Source: Peribolospora baueri
Lineage: Eukaryota
Direction of reading: 5' to 3'
Length of the DNA: 45,653 bases
Assembly: GCA_029717555.1 (NCBI GenBank)
Contig: JAMDHS010000009.1
Location: 310,001-355,653, forward strand
Each line of letters opens with the position of its first letter. Positions within the stretch are counted from its first letter, which is position 1. Under the pieces are notes generated by a model, which saw only the letters and a list, made by a program, of their open reading frames with translations, had not been told where the DNA came from and made no database searches. The position numbers and the translations under genes are program-made. Shown one piece after another: positions 12,573 through 25,963 of this stretch.

Positions 12573-12894
12573 TCAGCATTTGCAGCCGGTGCCACACTTG
12601 CAGGGGTTGCTATAGCACAGGAACAGGCGAAAGGGACGGGAGAGGATGGAATTGGGCGAGGCGAGTGTCATTGAGTCTGTGGTCGAACAGGCGAAGGAAG
12701 GAGGCGTCGACTCTGATGCCTGAATCAGCATGGCGCGTCACTCACCAGGAGCAGCCGGAAGAGCCCTGCTGGCCCTCGTCCTTCTCGTCGTTGTAGTTCA
12801 CGATGGGCTCCTGCAAGAAAGAAGACGGCGGGACGAACGGACGGTGAGATGGTGTCTGGGCCGCCGTGTGAGCGACGGCCATGGTACTGACCAT
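12573..12894 (-). CDS. Small fungal metallothionein, 34 aa, 3 exons (12894-12892, 12810-12746, 12609-12573)
   Basis: ATG|GTCAGT..CAG and TG|GTGAGT..TAG splicing gives MEPIVNYNDEKDEGQQGSSGCSCNPCKCGTGCKC*, with three CxC motifs and a terminal CKC. Confidence 0.85.
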
Positions 12895-13001
12895 TGCGAA
12901 AATGATGATGTGACAGCGACCGACTCGGAGTGAAAGGAGTTGTAAGCCGGAGTGAAGATGCGACTGAGGGAAGGAACGACGTGAGCGGGGGCGGGGTCCG
13001 A

Positions 13002-13011
13002 ATATATATAC
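13002..13011 (-). promoter_or_regulatory. TATA box of the metallothionein gene
   Basis: GTATATATAT on the minus strand about 110 nt upstream of the ATG, in GC-rich context. Confidence 0.6.
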
Positions 13012-13791
13012 TTGCTTGCTCGCCCTCGTCGGTCCCACACTTTGAGACGGCTGGCAACCGAGCCCTTCGTCGGTCGGCAGACGGCCGTCAAACCGATTCC
13101 GCGCACTTTACCCTTCTCGTTTCGCCCGAATTTCACCCATTGATAGCGTGCGAAGGAAACGTGGCGGCTGCAGTCACTGTCTGTCTGGCGCCTGCAAGTC
13201 CAGCCGATGGCGGCATCGTGGAAATGCGCATGAGGGAAAATCGCGCGGGGCTCTGCACGGCCTTGTGTCGCAAGCATGCGGGCGAAGTGGAAGGAGATTT
13301 CCACTTTGGACTAGACAAAAGGCCGGGCGGGACGGAATGAATAGACAGTTGTACGAGCGCCGCCTTATCGCGAAATCTAATCTCTGGATCAGATCAGCGG
13401 CCGGCACGCGAAAAGGATAGTAGCGGCCGCGCACAAGTCTCGCCCCGCTCCACCCGGCTCGGATCGACAGGCCCCAAATCGGCCTCGCCTCAGGCTCAGG
13501 CCCTTGCAGCGTCTGCCGCTTACGGCGGGGCTAGCTCAAAGCTCATCGCACTCTGCCAGACGAATCGAATCGGGTGCCTTCCTAACCCTGATCCTACGCA
13601 ACTCGAAAACGCACAATATTGAATGTCTTCGTCGGTCGTTCCATCTATGGCCAGGTCCATCCAACCAATCAATGTCATATCCTAGCAAATAACAGCCATG
13701 CTTTCCACACGAACCCGGACTACACGATCGTCTTGTCCGCTATCTAAGCAGTTGAGAAGGGGGCGGGAATCGTTCGACAACAGTCTGCGCC

Positions 13792-15353
13792 TCAATGGTT
13801 GTAGTCATACTGGCGGAAGAATTTCCTGTGTGACGGGAGAGCAAAGCGGATTGCTGGTCAGATCTAGCTTCATCCTCCAACTCCGGGTCTTACGACTTTG
13901 TGACCGAGTAGAAAGACGAAACGTTCGAAGGCGAACAAACGCACTCAGAGTCCGTCGTCTCCACCCCCCTCCAAGCACCCCGCCTCCTGGCCTTTGTCTT
14001 TCCCACCTCCTCATTCCTCCGATCCTCTTCCTCCTCCCTCCGTCTCCTTTCTTTCCTGTCTTCCCTCAACCACGCCAGAGCGATCTGCAACAATGTCGAT
14101 CCTTCGGCCTGCGTCTGCGCCGCTTCGAGCTCCGGACGAGAGGGGAGGCCGAGCTTGGGGAGGTCTGCAAACGAGGTAGTGGAGGAGTTGAGTAGGGACG
14201 CGGGCGCAGGCGGAGGGTAGGGGATCGGGTCCCGGGTGACGGTTGTGCCCAGTCGCATGTGGACGAGGTGAGTGGGGAAGGACTGGAGGCCGTCGAAGAT
14301 GTGCGTGGCGTCTTGGGGAGCGGACAAACGGGGGGGAGGAATGGGAGATCAGGAGGACATGAGACCTCAGGCGCATGGAGACAAACGGTCGTGACGAGTA
14401 TATGAAAGAAAGGGGCTTAACGAACAGATGATAGTCGCCCCTCGCTCTACCGTCTCCTCCTTGAGGAAATCAAGCAAGTCCGCGCGAACGCAGACGTCCA
14501 GATCGACGGTGACCTCATCTAGCAGAAGCAGATTCCATGGCTCCATGAGGCCCATGCATAGCTGGACCCTTCGGCGTTCGCCGTCAGAGATGGCGTGCAT
14601 GTGCCAGGCGAGATCAACGTCGAGAATGTCCAGGAGCCGGTCGCGCCGCTCCTTGTGTCGGTAGCCGCCGACCGAATCCTGACGGGGAGCGGGAACGGGA
14701 ACGGAAAGAAAAGGGTGAGGTGGACGATCAAGGGACGCATATACCCACAAATGGAGCGCTTACCAAGAAGTGAGAGACCGTGATGTCACTTCGAACCACT
14801 GGGTTCATGGCCCTTAGATGGGGATACCAAGGAGAGTGAGCGGGAAAGGGAGTCGTGAGCTTGCTCCACTTCACACACCGCTCACCATTCTGTGCCCAAG
14901 TACGTGACTCCCTAGTAGTGACCATGCAAAAGTTGCGGAGAAAAGGAAACAAAACAAAAAATAAGTAACAAACTCTCATCGCCTGACATACGCCATACGT
15001 CGCTCACCGAAGGCGGGTTCCTGAAAACATCGTGGTCGAACACTTTGACCTCTGTCGACGCCATGCGTTTGCCAGCGAGTATGCGAAGAAGCGTGGACTT
15101 TCCTAAATGTGCAAGAACGAGTAAAAAGACGCATGAAAAAAAAAAAAAAAGTTGTTCAGGACAGAGTAAGCTTGGCCTCCATCACGACCCCAGGTTTCCG
15201 GCTGAGCTGTTATTTACCGGCTCCGTTTGCTCCGATGAGAAGGCACCTCGATCCCCTTTCGAGAGTTAGGTTGACGTCTTCAAGAGCCGGTGGGGCGCCG
15301 TCTGCAAATCTGAAAGTGAGGTTTCGGACGTCGACCGCTTTAGGAGAAGCCAT
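13792..15353 (-). CDS. CAF16: CCR4-associated factor 16-like soluble ABC ATPase
   Basis: Walker A GANGA-GKSTLL, TYLGTEW, signature [10 protein letters not shown], Walker [13 protein letters not shown] and YATHIFDG. Final exon [11 protein letters not shown]. Confidence 0.9.
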
Positions 15354-15743
15354 GGCAAAAAAAGAGAAGTGGGGGAGATGAAAGGATTGGGTCGCCCCTG
15401 CCGTTTATCTTTGTCTAACCAAAATCTGGGATTCGCGAGCTTCGAATCCTCCTCAGCTGCCGCAGCTCGCCGTGGCGCCTTCAAGCTCGGGATGGACGGA
15501 CGCTTTCAGTTCGTCCTACTCCATGTCCGTCCACTTCCACTGTCTACTAGTACGGTCCCTTCGAGCACGTCCGTCTCTCGCGACAGTGCATGTCTCGATG
15601 AAGACGACACCCATTTATAAGTGCACGAGAGCGATCATGTGGGGTAACCCGAGATGTTCCAGAAACGATCGATTACAAAGCCTAGCTGCTGCAGGCACCA
15701 CGGCAACTCGCTCTCCTCGCGCCTCCGAGAAGCGCACGACGTC

Positions 15744-17628
15744 CTAGTCCTCACGCACGAACACGCCAGCGGCACCCATGCCGAGTCCGATGCACATGCT
15801 CGTCACGAGCACCTTTCCTCCTCTCCTCTTCAACTCGCCCAAACCCGTCACGACGAGTCTCGCTCCAGTTGCACCCAGCGGATGTCCGAGGGCGATGGCT
15901 CCTCCGTTGGGGTTGACCTTTGCAGGATCGAGGCCGAGCTCTTCAACGCAGTAGACCGCCTGGGAGGCGAAAGCCTCGTTGATCTCGTACACGTCCACCT
16001 GGTCCTTGCGGATGCCGGTCTGCTCGAGCAACTTTCTGATCGCGAACACGGGACCGATGCCCATGATTCGAGGCGGGAGGCCGCTCACCGCCACGCCTGC
16101 GTACTTGGCCAAGATGGGCAGACCGAGAGCTTTAGCCTTGGAACGGCGCATGAGAAGGACGGCGGCTGGTCAAAGCGAGGAAGCAGAATAGAAGAGAAGG
16201 AGGGTTAGAACTGGGCTTCCAAAAAGAGATGCACAGGTTTGGGTCTTATCTCCATCGCTCTCCAAGTGGCCACCCAGCGAGAGCTTCGAGGATCGATGCG
16301 ACGTCGCAAAAGACTCACCAGCACCGTCGGTGATCTGACTAGCATTGCCACCGGTGGTGCCCTCGCCCCACTGAGGGAACGCGGCCCTGATCTTGGAGAG
16401 CTTCTCAGGGGTCGAATCAGGACGAATGCCATCGTCCGCCTTGACCACCTTCCACTCCTTCACTACCTTGCCGTTCGCGTCCTTGGTCACCACGGGGACC
16501 TCGATGGGTGTGATCTCCTCGGCGAACACCCCAGTTGCCTGCGCTCGAGCGGCGCGGACGTGGGACTGGGCGGCGAAACGGTCTTGCTTTTCACGCGTCA
16601 CGTTGAAATCTCTCGCCACGTTTTCCGACGTCCAGCCCATGGGCTGATCGATTGCCACGTAAGCAATGTCGAGAATGGTTCGTTAAAGGTCGGCATGCGG
16701 ATACCAGATTCGAGACGAGGATACGGCCTCGGCCGCGCCCTGTTACTCACCATGATGCAGTCCTTCGCCACCGGGTGAGACATAATTTCATCCGAATACT
16801 CCTTGACGCCGCGGTCGGGCTGTAAAGGGCGGTAAAGGATGTCGGATAATGAGCGAGATTTCATGTGAAGCGGACGCGATGCTCCCTTTGCCGTTTGACT
16901 CACGAAATCCGTCATGCTCTCCGCTCCGACGGCCAGGCCACACTCGATCTCTCCCGCGATGATCTGCGTGGCGACTGCGCGCACGGCCATGAGGCCGGAG
17001 GAGCAGAACCGGTTCACGGTCTGCACGGGCGTCGTGTCAGGAATGCCAGCCGCGAGCGCGGCGGCGCGAGCGTAGTACGCCGCTCCCGGGGGAAGAACGC
17101 TGCCTGGAGAATGAGGAAAGAGGAAAGAAAAAAAAGACGACAAGTTAGTGGATGAGCAATGATGAATGCTTAAATCCGATGAAGGTCCGAGCATGACTGA
17201 CAACGGGAAAAGAGAGACGAACGAATGACGAGGCTACGAATGACGAGGCTCGGAGGGCAACCTGCCAATATGAAAAGGGAAAGCCTGGCTACTGACCAAC
17301 CTGCACATCTTCGATGACCTTGGGGTCCACTTGGGATTTTGCCAAGATGGCCTTGAACACGGCGGTGAGGAGCTCGTCATACCTGCGAGGTGTGCGTGAG
17401 CAGTGGATCGGGGGCAGGTGTGAGTGCCGAAAGCTCTGGACGAAGAAAACAAAGGGAGGGTCACCTCATGTCCTTGAGTCCGCCCTTCCTGGCCTTGCAG
17501 AAGGGCGTCCTGGTGGCACTGACGATGACCACGTCGTCATCGTTCTTCGCGAGGATCTTGCTGAGCGCCTGATTATCAGCGTTGTAAGGGGAGAGGTGGG
17601 AGGCGAGCTGGGAAAGCCGAGAGGCCAT
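15744..17628 (-). CDS. POT1: Peroxisomal 3-ketoacyl-CoA thiolase
   Basis: PTS2 RLSQLASHL at the N-terminus; VNRFCSSGL (catalytic Cys), EINEAFASQ, GHPLGATG and SMCIGLGMG. Confidence 0.95.
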
Positions 17629-17939
17629 GTCGGGTGGTGTACGCGGTAGAGGAACAAAGATGAGTGTGGGTATGAAGATGAAGGTGGAAGATGGCCAAGG
17701 AGCGAGATGATGGTGGACGGCGGGGTGTGGATGGTTGAAAACGTTGCGGGGTCGACGTTGAGCCGGAGGCCGGCCACTGGCGAGCCGGTTTGCCGTAGGG
17801 CTTCGACCCCAGACTCCGGATGATCTCATCTTCCAGCGCGGGCCAGCATCGGCATCAGCATCGTCGACGCTTTCGATCCTTCTCTTGCAACTCAACGACT
17901 CGCTCTTGCACCTCGTTCACGTTCGCCGCCCTTACCAGC

Positions 17940-18966
17940 ATGCTCGAAGCTCCGTTTCACAGCGAGTCTTTCCTCTATAGGGTGAGTGAGTGGGCCGGCG
18001 AGCGGCGTTGTCGAGGCAACGAACGCAACGCGGGACGCAAGTCTGACGACGTGTACCACCGCTGCTTATTATGTCCCTGCCTCCGTCGGATCGTAGCTTG
18101 CTCGCTCCCAGCTCTTCACGAATCCAATCAATTTCGTGCTGCTCTGTCTCCTCCTGTACAAGGCTCTCCCTCTTCTTCTGCCCTCTTCCACCGCCCCGAT
18201 CAAGACGAAAGACGCTCCCTCTTCATGGAAGACGTCCTACTCCTATCTTCCCACTCCGCCAGCGGACGCGGTCGTCTGGAGAAAGTACACGCCGAAGACG
18301 CTCGTTGAGTTTGATGGACGAGGGAAGACGGGTAGGATCCTGCTCGCCATCAACGGAAAGGTGTTTGACGTCACCGCTGGTGCCAACTTTTATGGCCCAG
18401 GTGAGTAGCATTCCGTTCCTCCCTCTCATCTCATCTAAACAGGCAGCCAGACTTGACCAGCATCGACTTTGCTCCACACCGGCACTTTTTAAGACGGACC
18501 ATACGGCAACTTTGCCGGTCACGATGCATCCCGAGGAATGGCCAAGCAATCGTTTGATATGGGTGGGCGAGAACGAAGCTCCCGAAGGCCTCTGTGGGAA
18601 CGGACGCTTGGAACCGAGCTGAACCATCCTACTCACCTTTCATGTTGCTCTCCTCCCTTGTCTCCTCGCTCCTCACAGATATGCTCACGCCGATTGACCA
18701 GCCTATAGACAAGCTGGAAGACCTGACGCAGGCAGAGATCTCCAACATGTTGGGTGAGCCTTGTTCATCCCTCCGTCGATCAACTCAGACAATGCCCTCA
18801 TCGGTCGTGCGGCCGTGCCTACTTGTCGGACTCGAGGCGACGGCCATCTATCTGTTCGCTCACCTACTTTTTGCGCGTTTTTTCCCTTGCTGTCGCAGAA
18901 TGGCAAGCGCATTTCACGGGAAAGTACATCGTCTGTGGAGAGCTTGTCAACAACGATGAAGCCTGA
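17940..18966 (+). CDS. DAP1: Membrane-associated progesterone receptor / cytochrome b5-like heme-binding protein
   Basis: Exon 1 MLEAPFHSESFLYR, a TM segment, then [55 protein letters not shown]. Confidence 0.9.
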
Positions 18967-19981
18967 GTTTTGGCCCCGAGCCTACTGGACAGGCTGCCTC
19001 ACGTCTGTTTCGGCTCGTCTCGTCTCGTGCTTCGTCTCGTCTCTCCCCGAGCAGTAAGAGCCGGTAGCATCCTCAACGCTGTTGTCGATGGTCTACCAGA
19101 TGCCGTTTTGTTTGTTTTGTTCCCCATCCTTATGGATTTCGTGCTTGAGGAATGAGACAGGTACTCCAAACGATGATTGGCAATAGAGTTGAGCGCATAA
19201 ACCGCGGCCAGCAGGAGAGTTCCAACTGGGTCCGCGGCTGCCAGCCGTCGGCTAGCGTTCTCGCTTTGGGATTCGTGCGACAGCCACTGGAAGCGATGAT
19301 CGTCGCTGCAGAAATCCTTCGTAACTTGGATCCGCTTCGGGAAGGCCCTGCGAGGATGAGGTTTTTAGCGTGAGACGGAAGACCTTCTAAGATGTTGGAA
19401 AAGTTTGCCAGCTCCTCATCAATATCCAAGAGGAAGCCCACGTTTCCTACCAGTGAGCCTACTTGCTTTCCTTTCATCTGCTCTGTCATCCACGACTAAA
19501 CACGCTGACTCGTTGAACTCTCTGCTTTTCACACATCAAGCTAGATCCTTCAACCTCGACCTTATCGATACGGGCCATCTTCCCCAATAGCGCATGCTAC
19601 GTGGCGACCCTGCCTCATGAGATGCTCAACCTGCTCGGACCGCCGCAGGCTCCGGTACTCCCAGCTGGGATCGCTAGCGACGATACTGTGTTTCCGGTGT
19701 GGAGAAGAACTATGGCCAACTTCAAAAACACCATGCATCATATCCACATATGAACCACCTTCCTCACAACCGGTCAATTCGGACGCTGGGTCCCGTCTCA
19801 TTATTCAGTTCGAGACTTATTGCACAACCTTTGCTGCTCAATCATGGACATGATGCGTCCGATCGGCTGCGATTCACCCGAGCTTGACCCAGCTATCGCG
19901 CCGGATCTTGGGGCTGGTCAGAAGGCGCCATCATGGTCAACACGACGTCTACTCTGGATGGACGGTTAGTCTCCTCGGCAC

Positions 19982-22900
19982 TCACGCGTCCAAGACGAGC
20001 TTCACGGTCTTGATTTCGAATCCACGGAAATCCAGAGAGATTGATGCGCCATTCTTGTCGGACCCACTTGTTGTCTCGTTCAAGGACAACTCTTTCAACT
20101 CGTCTTCGAGCAAGTTGACAAGGGAGGCCTTGCGAACGGGAAGATTCGTGATGAGCTTAATGGAGGCGTGCCCGCCGAACGCCTCGTACAAGCGAAGGAT
20201 GATGCTGAGTTCCTTGTGCTTGTTCGGATGCCGGAAGTCATCCTCCTCGCCGCGCTAGCAGGGGATGCAAAGCAGGGAATAGAGCACCGTCAGAGCCGGA
20301 ACAAAACATGCCTCCAGCGACGATACCGCCTGTTGTCTACCTTGACGGTGTCGAGGAAGACTGTGTCTGCCCCTGAGATCGTGAACGGCGACTTTGGGTG
20401 GACATCGGGAGCTCCGTAGCGGAAATGCAGCGGGGCGTTGAACCGACGGGCCACCTGAGGGACGTCGCTCGTGATGAAATGACCTACAGGTGGAAGAACT
20501 CGACATATCAGCGGCGGTTTCGCAATGTCAATAGCTCTTGGCGTCACCGCTCACCCGCATGAGGATAGATGGCGAAAGCAAACGCCTGCCAACATCGTCG
20601 GAATAGAGGCACGTTAGCAACCCCGAATTCAAGAGCCCTTGCACCGTGGCCTTGGGACAGACTGTCAGTCATGCTCACATGTTTTCCCTCATCCTGGTGC
20701 GCGTCAGGATAGGTCGCCCCACGAAGCAACGAAAGGCGCATGGTCGATCCTTCTGTGGCGTAGCCATATTTGGAATCGGTCATGATGGCAACGCCAAAGT
20801 TGGACTCGGAGAAGTCGGCAAAGCGGTGCCCGCACACTTCGAACTTGGCCGCTTCCCAAGACGTGTTACGCGTCGTCGGACGGGCAATGGCGCCAAACTG
20901 GGTCTCGTAATACGCTTCGGGGGAAGAGATTTTGGTGGGCAGCTCGAATTTGAGGAATTCTGGAAGAGACAACAGCTGCAGTTAGCGCGAACAATAAGTA
21001 ATCATGTAGAACTACACACTTGACCACTCACTGTGTTTCTCGAACCAGTCCACCTCGGCGTCGAAACGGAGCATGCAGCCGCCATCGTTCTTGATCGAGG
21101 CACTAATGGCGTCAAGAGAGGCATGCATTTTGATGGTGCTATTGCCGACTTTGGCCTGTAGCAGCAGCGACCCTCGAAGAGGGCCTCGCTCTACGATCCT
21201 CACGTCGGTGAACGGCACGGCCCTGTATCAAAAACCAAACCGCATTGAGGTTCATGGGCATAATTCAATTACACCGTCTGCACCAACAGCCGTACGACTC
21301 ACCTTCCAGTCTCGAGGTGGTAAAGTTCGACCTCCCACGCATCAAAGTTCGGCGGGAAATCCTCATAAATCATAAGGCCAGCTGGCTTAGACAGGAGCTC
21401 GCGCTTGTTGGCGAGATCAACGATACTGGTGATCTGCCCGTCTCTGATCTGAATCGACATGGCAGAGTTTCGCATCACGAAGCTGTTCTTGCCCGTCGCT
21501 TCTACGCTGACCCACTCAGCTGACATGTCGTACGTGCTAGCAGGACGCAAGCTGACGAGCCCGTCGCCAGAGGTATCCTCGGCGACTACAAGGCCTGACT
21601 TTCCGTCGTGAGAGTACTGGAGGACACAATCCTTGATCGCCGCTCCGCTGCCTGGGTCCAGAGGGAGCTCGACTACCTCTCTGCGAGGGTGGAAGGTCGT
21701 GTTGACGGCAAAGACGGAGCCGAATGCTTTCTCCTCAGCACCGTGCAAGAGCGCTTTGGAGGTTGGAGACAATGCCTTGAGCGCTTCTTCAAGCAGCGCA
21801 AGGCCCTTCTCGGCGATCTCGCCATAAATCTGCCCGCACGTTGACAAAAATCAGCCGAGAACAAAATCAGACACGGAAAGGTAAGGTAAAAGGATACCGC
21901 ACCTTCTCTGCGTCTTTGTATACCATCCCGATAGAGCTGCCGGGCAAGACGTCGTGAAACTGGCAGAGGAGCGTCTTCTCCCAGAGTGCGTCAATTTCGT
22001 CTTTCGGGTACGCGTACGTAGCGTCGTTCAGAGATGCCAGGGTCGCAGCCCACTCGACGTCGTGGAGAAGCTGCTCGCTGCGCCTGTTGCCTTTCTTGAT
22101 GCTTCCGTGAGACGTATACACAGCCCGATGGAACTTGATGTATGCATGAAGGAATGGTTTGTCAGCGTGGGCCTGCGTATTGAATACCACCGCGCGTCCA
22201 GGAAAAGCGCTCACCTCGAGGTAAAGGTCACCTTGCCAAATGGGCAATCGCGACCCACCCTTCGTCTCCTTCTCCACCACCGCAAAGAATTCGGGCACAG
22301 ATCCTCCCACTTTGACCTTGGGAACCTCAGGAAAGTTGCCGTTTGTAGCGCGAACGCGACGCAGGCTTTCCAACATTTTCTCTGCCGGACCTCCGCCTCC
22401 GTCTCCCCAACCGAAAAGGAGCAACGAGTTGCTCGTGACGTCCAGGTTCTTGTGTGCGCTGATCGCCTTACGAACGTCTCCCACTCCGCCATCGCTATCG
22501 TAGCGGTCTACGGGAGTCATGTGGACTAGCATTTGCGTGCCGTCGAGGCCCACCCAACGGAAGGTGTGGTGCGGGAATTTGTCTGAAAACATAGTTTGTT
22601 TCATCAGTGCTGCGCTCTCGATAGTGAAAGCTGTGGAAACGACGATCTCACTGATGTTTGACCAAGACAATTTCTGGGTGAAGAAATAATCCATGCCGGC
22701 GCCGCGTGCGAGCTGGGGAATCTGGCTGGAGTAGCCGAAAGTGTCCGGCAACCAGAAAACATTGGATCGCTGCCCGAACCGAGAGTGTAGGTAGCGTTGG
22801 CCTTTGAAAAAGTCGATGACAAGGCGAAAAACGATGAGTTTGGCGAAACACGCGTTTGCATTCGTCACAGCCGTCCAGGGATTTAACACACCATACAAAA

Positions 22901-25190
22901 ACTGGCGGACAAACGCTTCGCCTGAAGGCATGTTGGCGTCGCATTCGACCTGCGTACGTGAAACTCCACGGAGATGAGCTTAAGCTCGTCCCTGTCTAGT
23001 TTGCAAAGTAAACTCACCCACGATCCTCCAATCGGCTGAAATCTTCCATCGGTCATCTTGGCCTTGACCTTCTGGAACAGTGGCGGATACAGTTCTTCGA
23101 GCCATTTGTATTGTTGGGCCTAGATAATCGCAGATAAACGTGATGCTAAAGATGAAACGCTGAGGCGAACGATGATGGAGAGATGGACCTACAGTGCTGC
23201 AGACAAAAACGTGCTCGGGGTACCTGATGATGGAACGTGGGGACGGTCAGGGGGCGGCCAATGATCCTCTTTAAAGGTAAGTAAATAACAAACCTGTCCA
23301 TCAGGTCCACCTGTGAGCTCCAGCTGCGGGCCACCTGTGAGCAGAAAAGGAGGTCAATGCGGCCGCTCCTGGAAAGAGGAAAGCCACGGCATTTACGGCC
23401 TACCTTCTGCTGGGTAACGGAGAATGGCCACAGCCAAGCGGTATCAACTGTGCAGGGGTCACGACAAGAGGCTGTAGGCTCAGCAAAAGACAAGCAGATA
23501 ACACACATAGAGCGAGGTTCGCAAGAGGATAGATCAAGGACGCACTGTGACAATGTCCAATGGCCCAGACCTTCTGCTGGCGGCCGCCCTCATAAATCTT
23601 TTCGCCCTTGGCCTCCCAACCTTCTCCGAGGATCTCCTCGGCCAGCTTCCGACAGCGCAAAATAGAGCTCAAGTCCTCCTTACGGAACGTGCTCATAATT
23701 TCGTTTGCCACCCAGAGCGCCCGATTCTGTACTTCGCTGAGAAGGTTGAAGAAAGGCAGTGTCAGTGAACGTAACCCTGCACAAACCCACGGCGGGACAA
23801 AAAGGTTACGGGCCATCATACTGACCTATCTTGCGGCATTTCCCTCGCGAGACCTTTGATGGCTTCAAAGTCCCACATTAACCTCCAAGCATCCATTCGT
23901 GGCACAACAATGTCGGCGGTGTGTAGCGTAAAGTATCTGTTCGGGTCTGGATCGCCTCCAGGTCCCCCTTCCACACCAAACATGCCTGTAGGAGAAGAGA
24001 AAAAAGTAAAGCGGCGGATGGAAGTAAGACGAAAGGAGTACCGTCGGACGGCAGAGCAGAAAAGCCAATGTTTTTTGTTCTCTGTCGACAAGGGTGGAAC
24101 AAGAATTTACGAACCGTTGCACGACACCTCCAAGTAGAGCTTAATATGCTTGCGATCATGTCCGACCAGCGGAAAATCCACCCTGCGATCTCCTCCTGAA
24201 CCTCCGGTAATGCCTGAAAATGGACCAACGAGCAGAGAAATCAGCAAGTTTCGTCAATGCTAGCTCGACAGCTTATTCATTTACGCCAGCTAGGGCAAAC
24301 GGACCTTGCAAAGGAACACCCTCATATGACCAAACCATAGCCTCACAACTGTAAAGGCAATACAAGAGAACATTGAGCAAGAGTTCAGTGAGATTATGGG
24401 AAAAGAGAGGGATGACAATCTTACCTGGGATCAAACTCGAGCTGGACCCTCTCCTTGTTGAGCCAGTCTTTGGGTACGCTCAAATGCACCCTCACCCAGT
24501 GGTTTGACCAGGACGGGCCAAAGGTACTAAACAAAGAGAAACAATAGCAGAGCGAAGAAGAAAATTAGCTGATCGACCTTTCCCGCACTGCTCCCTCTTC
24601 AAGTCGTACGTGTCGGAACCCGTGAGCGGCAAAAGCGATACCGAAACATGAACACTCACTCGCCCTTCTTCAGAGGCTTGTACTCCGCCTTGATGGCCTC
24701 TTGAAACGTAGGCTTGCTTAGCCCGGGCGCATGCCACACCTCGAGGCGGACGTGCTCCGGAGACGAGGTGCGAGCTTCGAAAAGGACAGAGGCGAGGTTG
24801 TAGTTGCCCCACTGACCTGCAGGACAAGCACGGACGTGAAGAAAGAATATACTCATATATTTATCAACAAGATGCGTCCCTATTTCTCATGTTCTCAGCG
24901 AACGACAAAGTTTTGTTGGAGCGCCCGTGCCCACCTCCGATGAACTCGTCCAGACGACGGTTGCGCACGCTCCGGATCGTAGGTCCTTTGGCCGTGAAAT
25001 CGAGCGGCGGCAACTGTACCGAGCAAAATGGTAACACCAACACATAGACAAAAGCAAGTCAAGGGGAAATAGAAGAGTGAGCCATAGAAGGGCAGTTCGG
25101 TGCATTGATATACTTAGGAACCGCCGGCTTGGTCCACCTGGAAACGACGAACAAGGAATTCACCTGCGACGGGGGTCCGCTGGACTGCAT
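19982..25190 (-). CDS. AMS1: Alpha-mannosidase, GH38 class 2C, many exons
   Basis: FGPSWSNHW, AIGHCH-IDTAWLWP, FWLPDTFGYSSQIPQ, GDGGGGP, LCQFHDVLPGS and AAKFEVCGH. Start inferred from the MQSSGPPSQ exon. Confidence 0.95.
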
Positions 25191-25963
25191 TGTCAGCAAT
25201 GTGCACGGATTGAAATAAGGTCAAAACGAGCAGAGAGAGGGCTGAAAGTAGTGTTGGTACAGAGGACGGGTGGAAGAGATGTTGGAAGAGCTCGGAGAAG
25301 GACGACGGGAAGGGTTGTGCGGGTTGTGCGAGCCCGGAAACCCCACACGAGTGATCGGCGGACGCGGGGGCGGGTCAGTCGCGCTTACATCAGCAACGGA
25401 CCGCGTCCGATGAGACGGAGCTTCTTTCTATTCGTCCGATGCAACGCGATTCCTTCTCTCCCTCTCATCTGCACTCTTCAAAGGGACGAACGGTTGGACC
25501 GGCTCGGACGAGGGGATGTTGGAGTCTATGCTTGCAGGACACAGAACCCCAGCACCGTCCACCTGACGTTGTGGTGTCAATTGCGCAGGTCTTTGGACAC
25601 AACCCAGGGAGCGTGTTCTGCGCGATATTGCGGGCTCGACTATTGTCCGTGGGCCAACAAAGCAATGAACGCTCCATGAAGGGACCTCTACTGTCTGTTC
25701 ACTCTGCCGGCCGCATGGGAGGGAAGGTGGCTTCCGCAGTTCGTTCAAACTTTGAATTTAGAATGTTCGCCCCAGGGAACAAAATATACAGATGGGTAAA
25801 AAAACCCGTGGAGAAACCCCCTAAGAAGGAGGGGCGTACGGGGGCGCAGGCAGGTCGCGAAGAGAATGGGTTTTTACCGGAGACTATATATCGTGCTGCA
25901 AAGGGAACGCCGAGTCCGAATGGCACTATTCCCTTTCAGACGCTCGGCCGACAGACGTTGTCC

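Noticed and set aside
86..12894. Metal-homeostasis cluster (Ni permease + metallothionein)
   Set aside because: The two genes are over 9 kb apart with unrelated genes between them, and nothing in the sequence links them.
13581..13589. CCTAACCCT as a telomerase RNA template
   Set aside because: A 9-mer in any phase or strand is expected about twice by chance in 45 kb, and I see no supporting structure.
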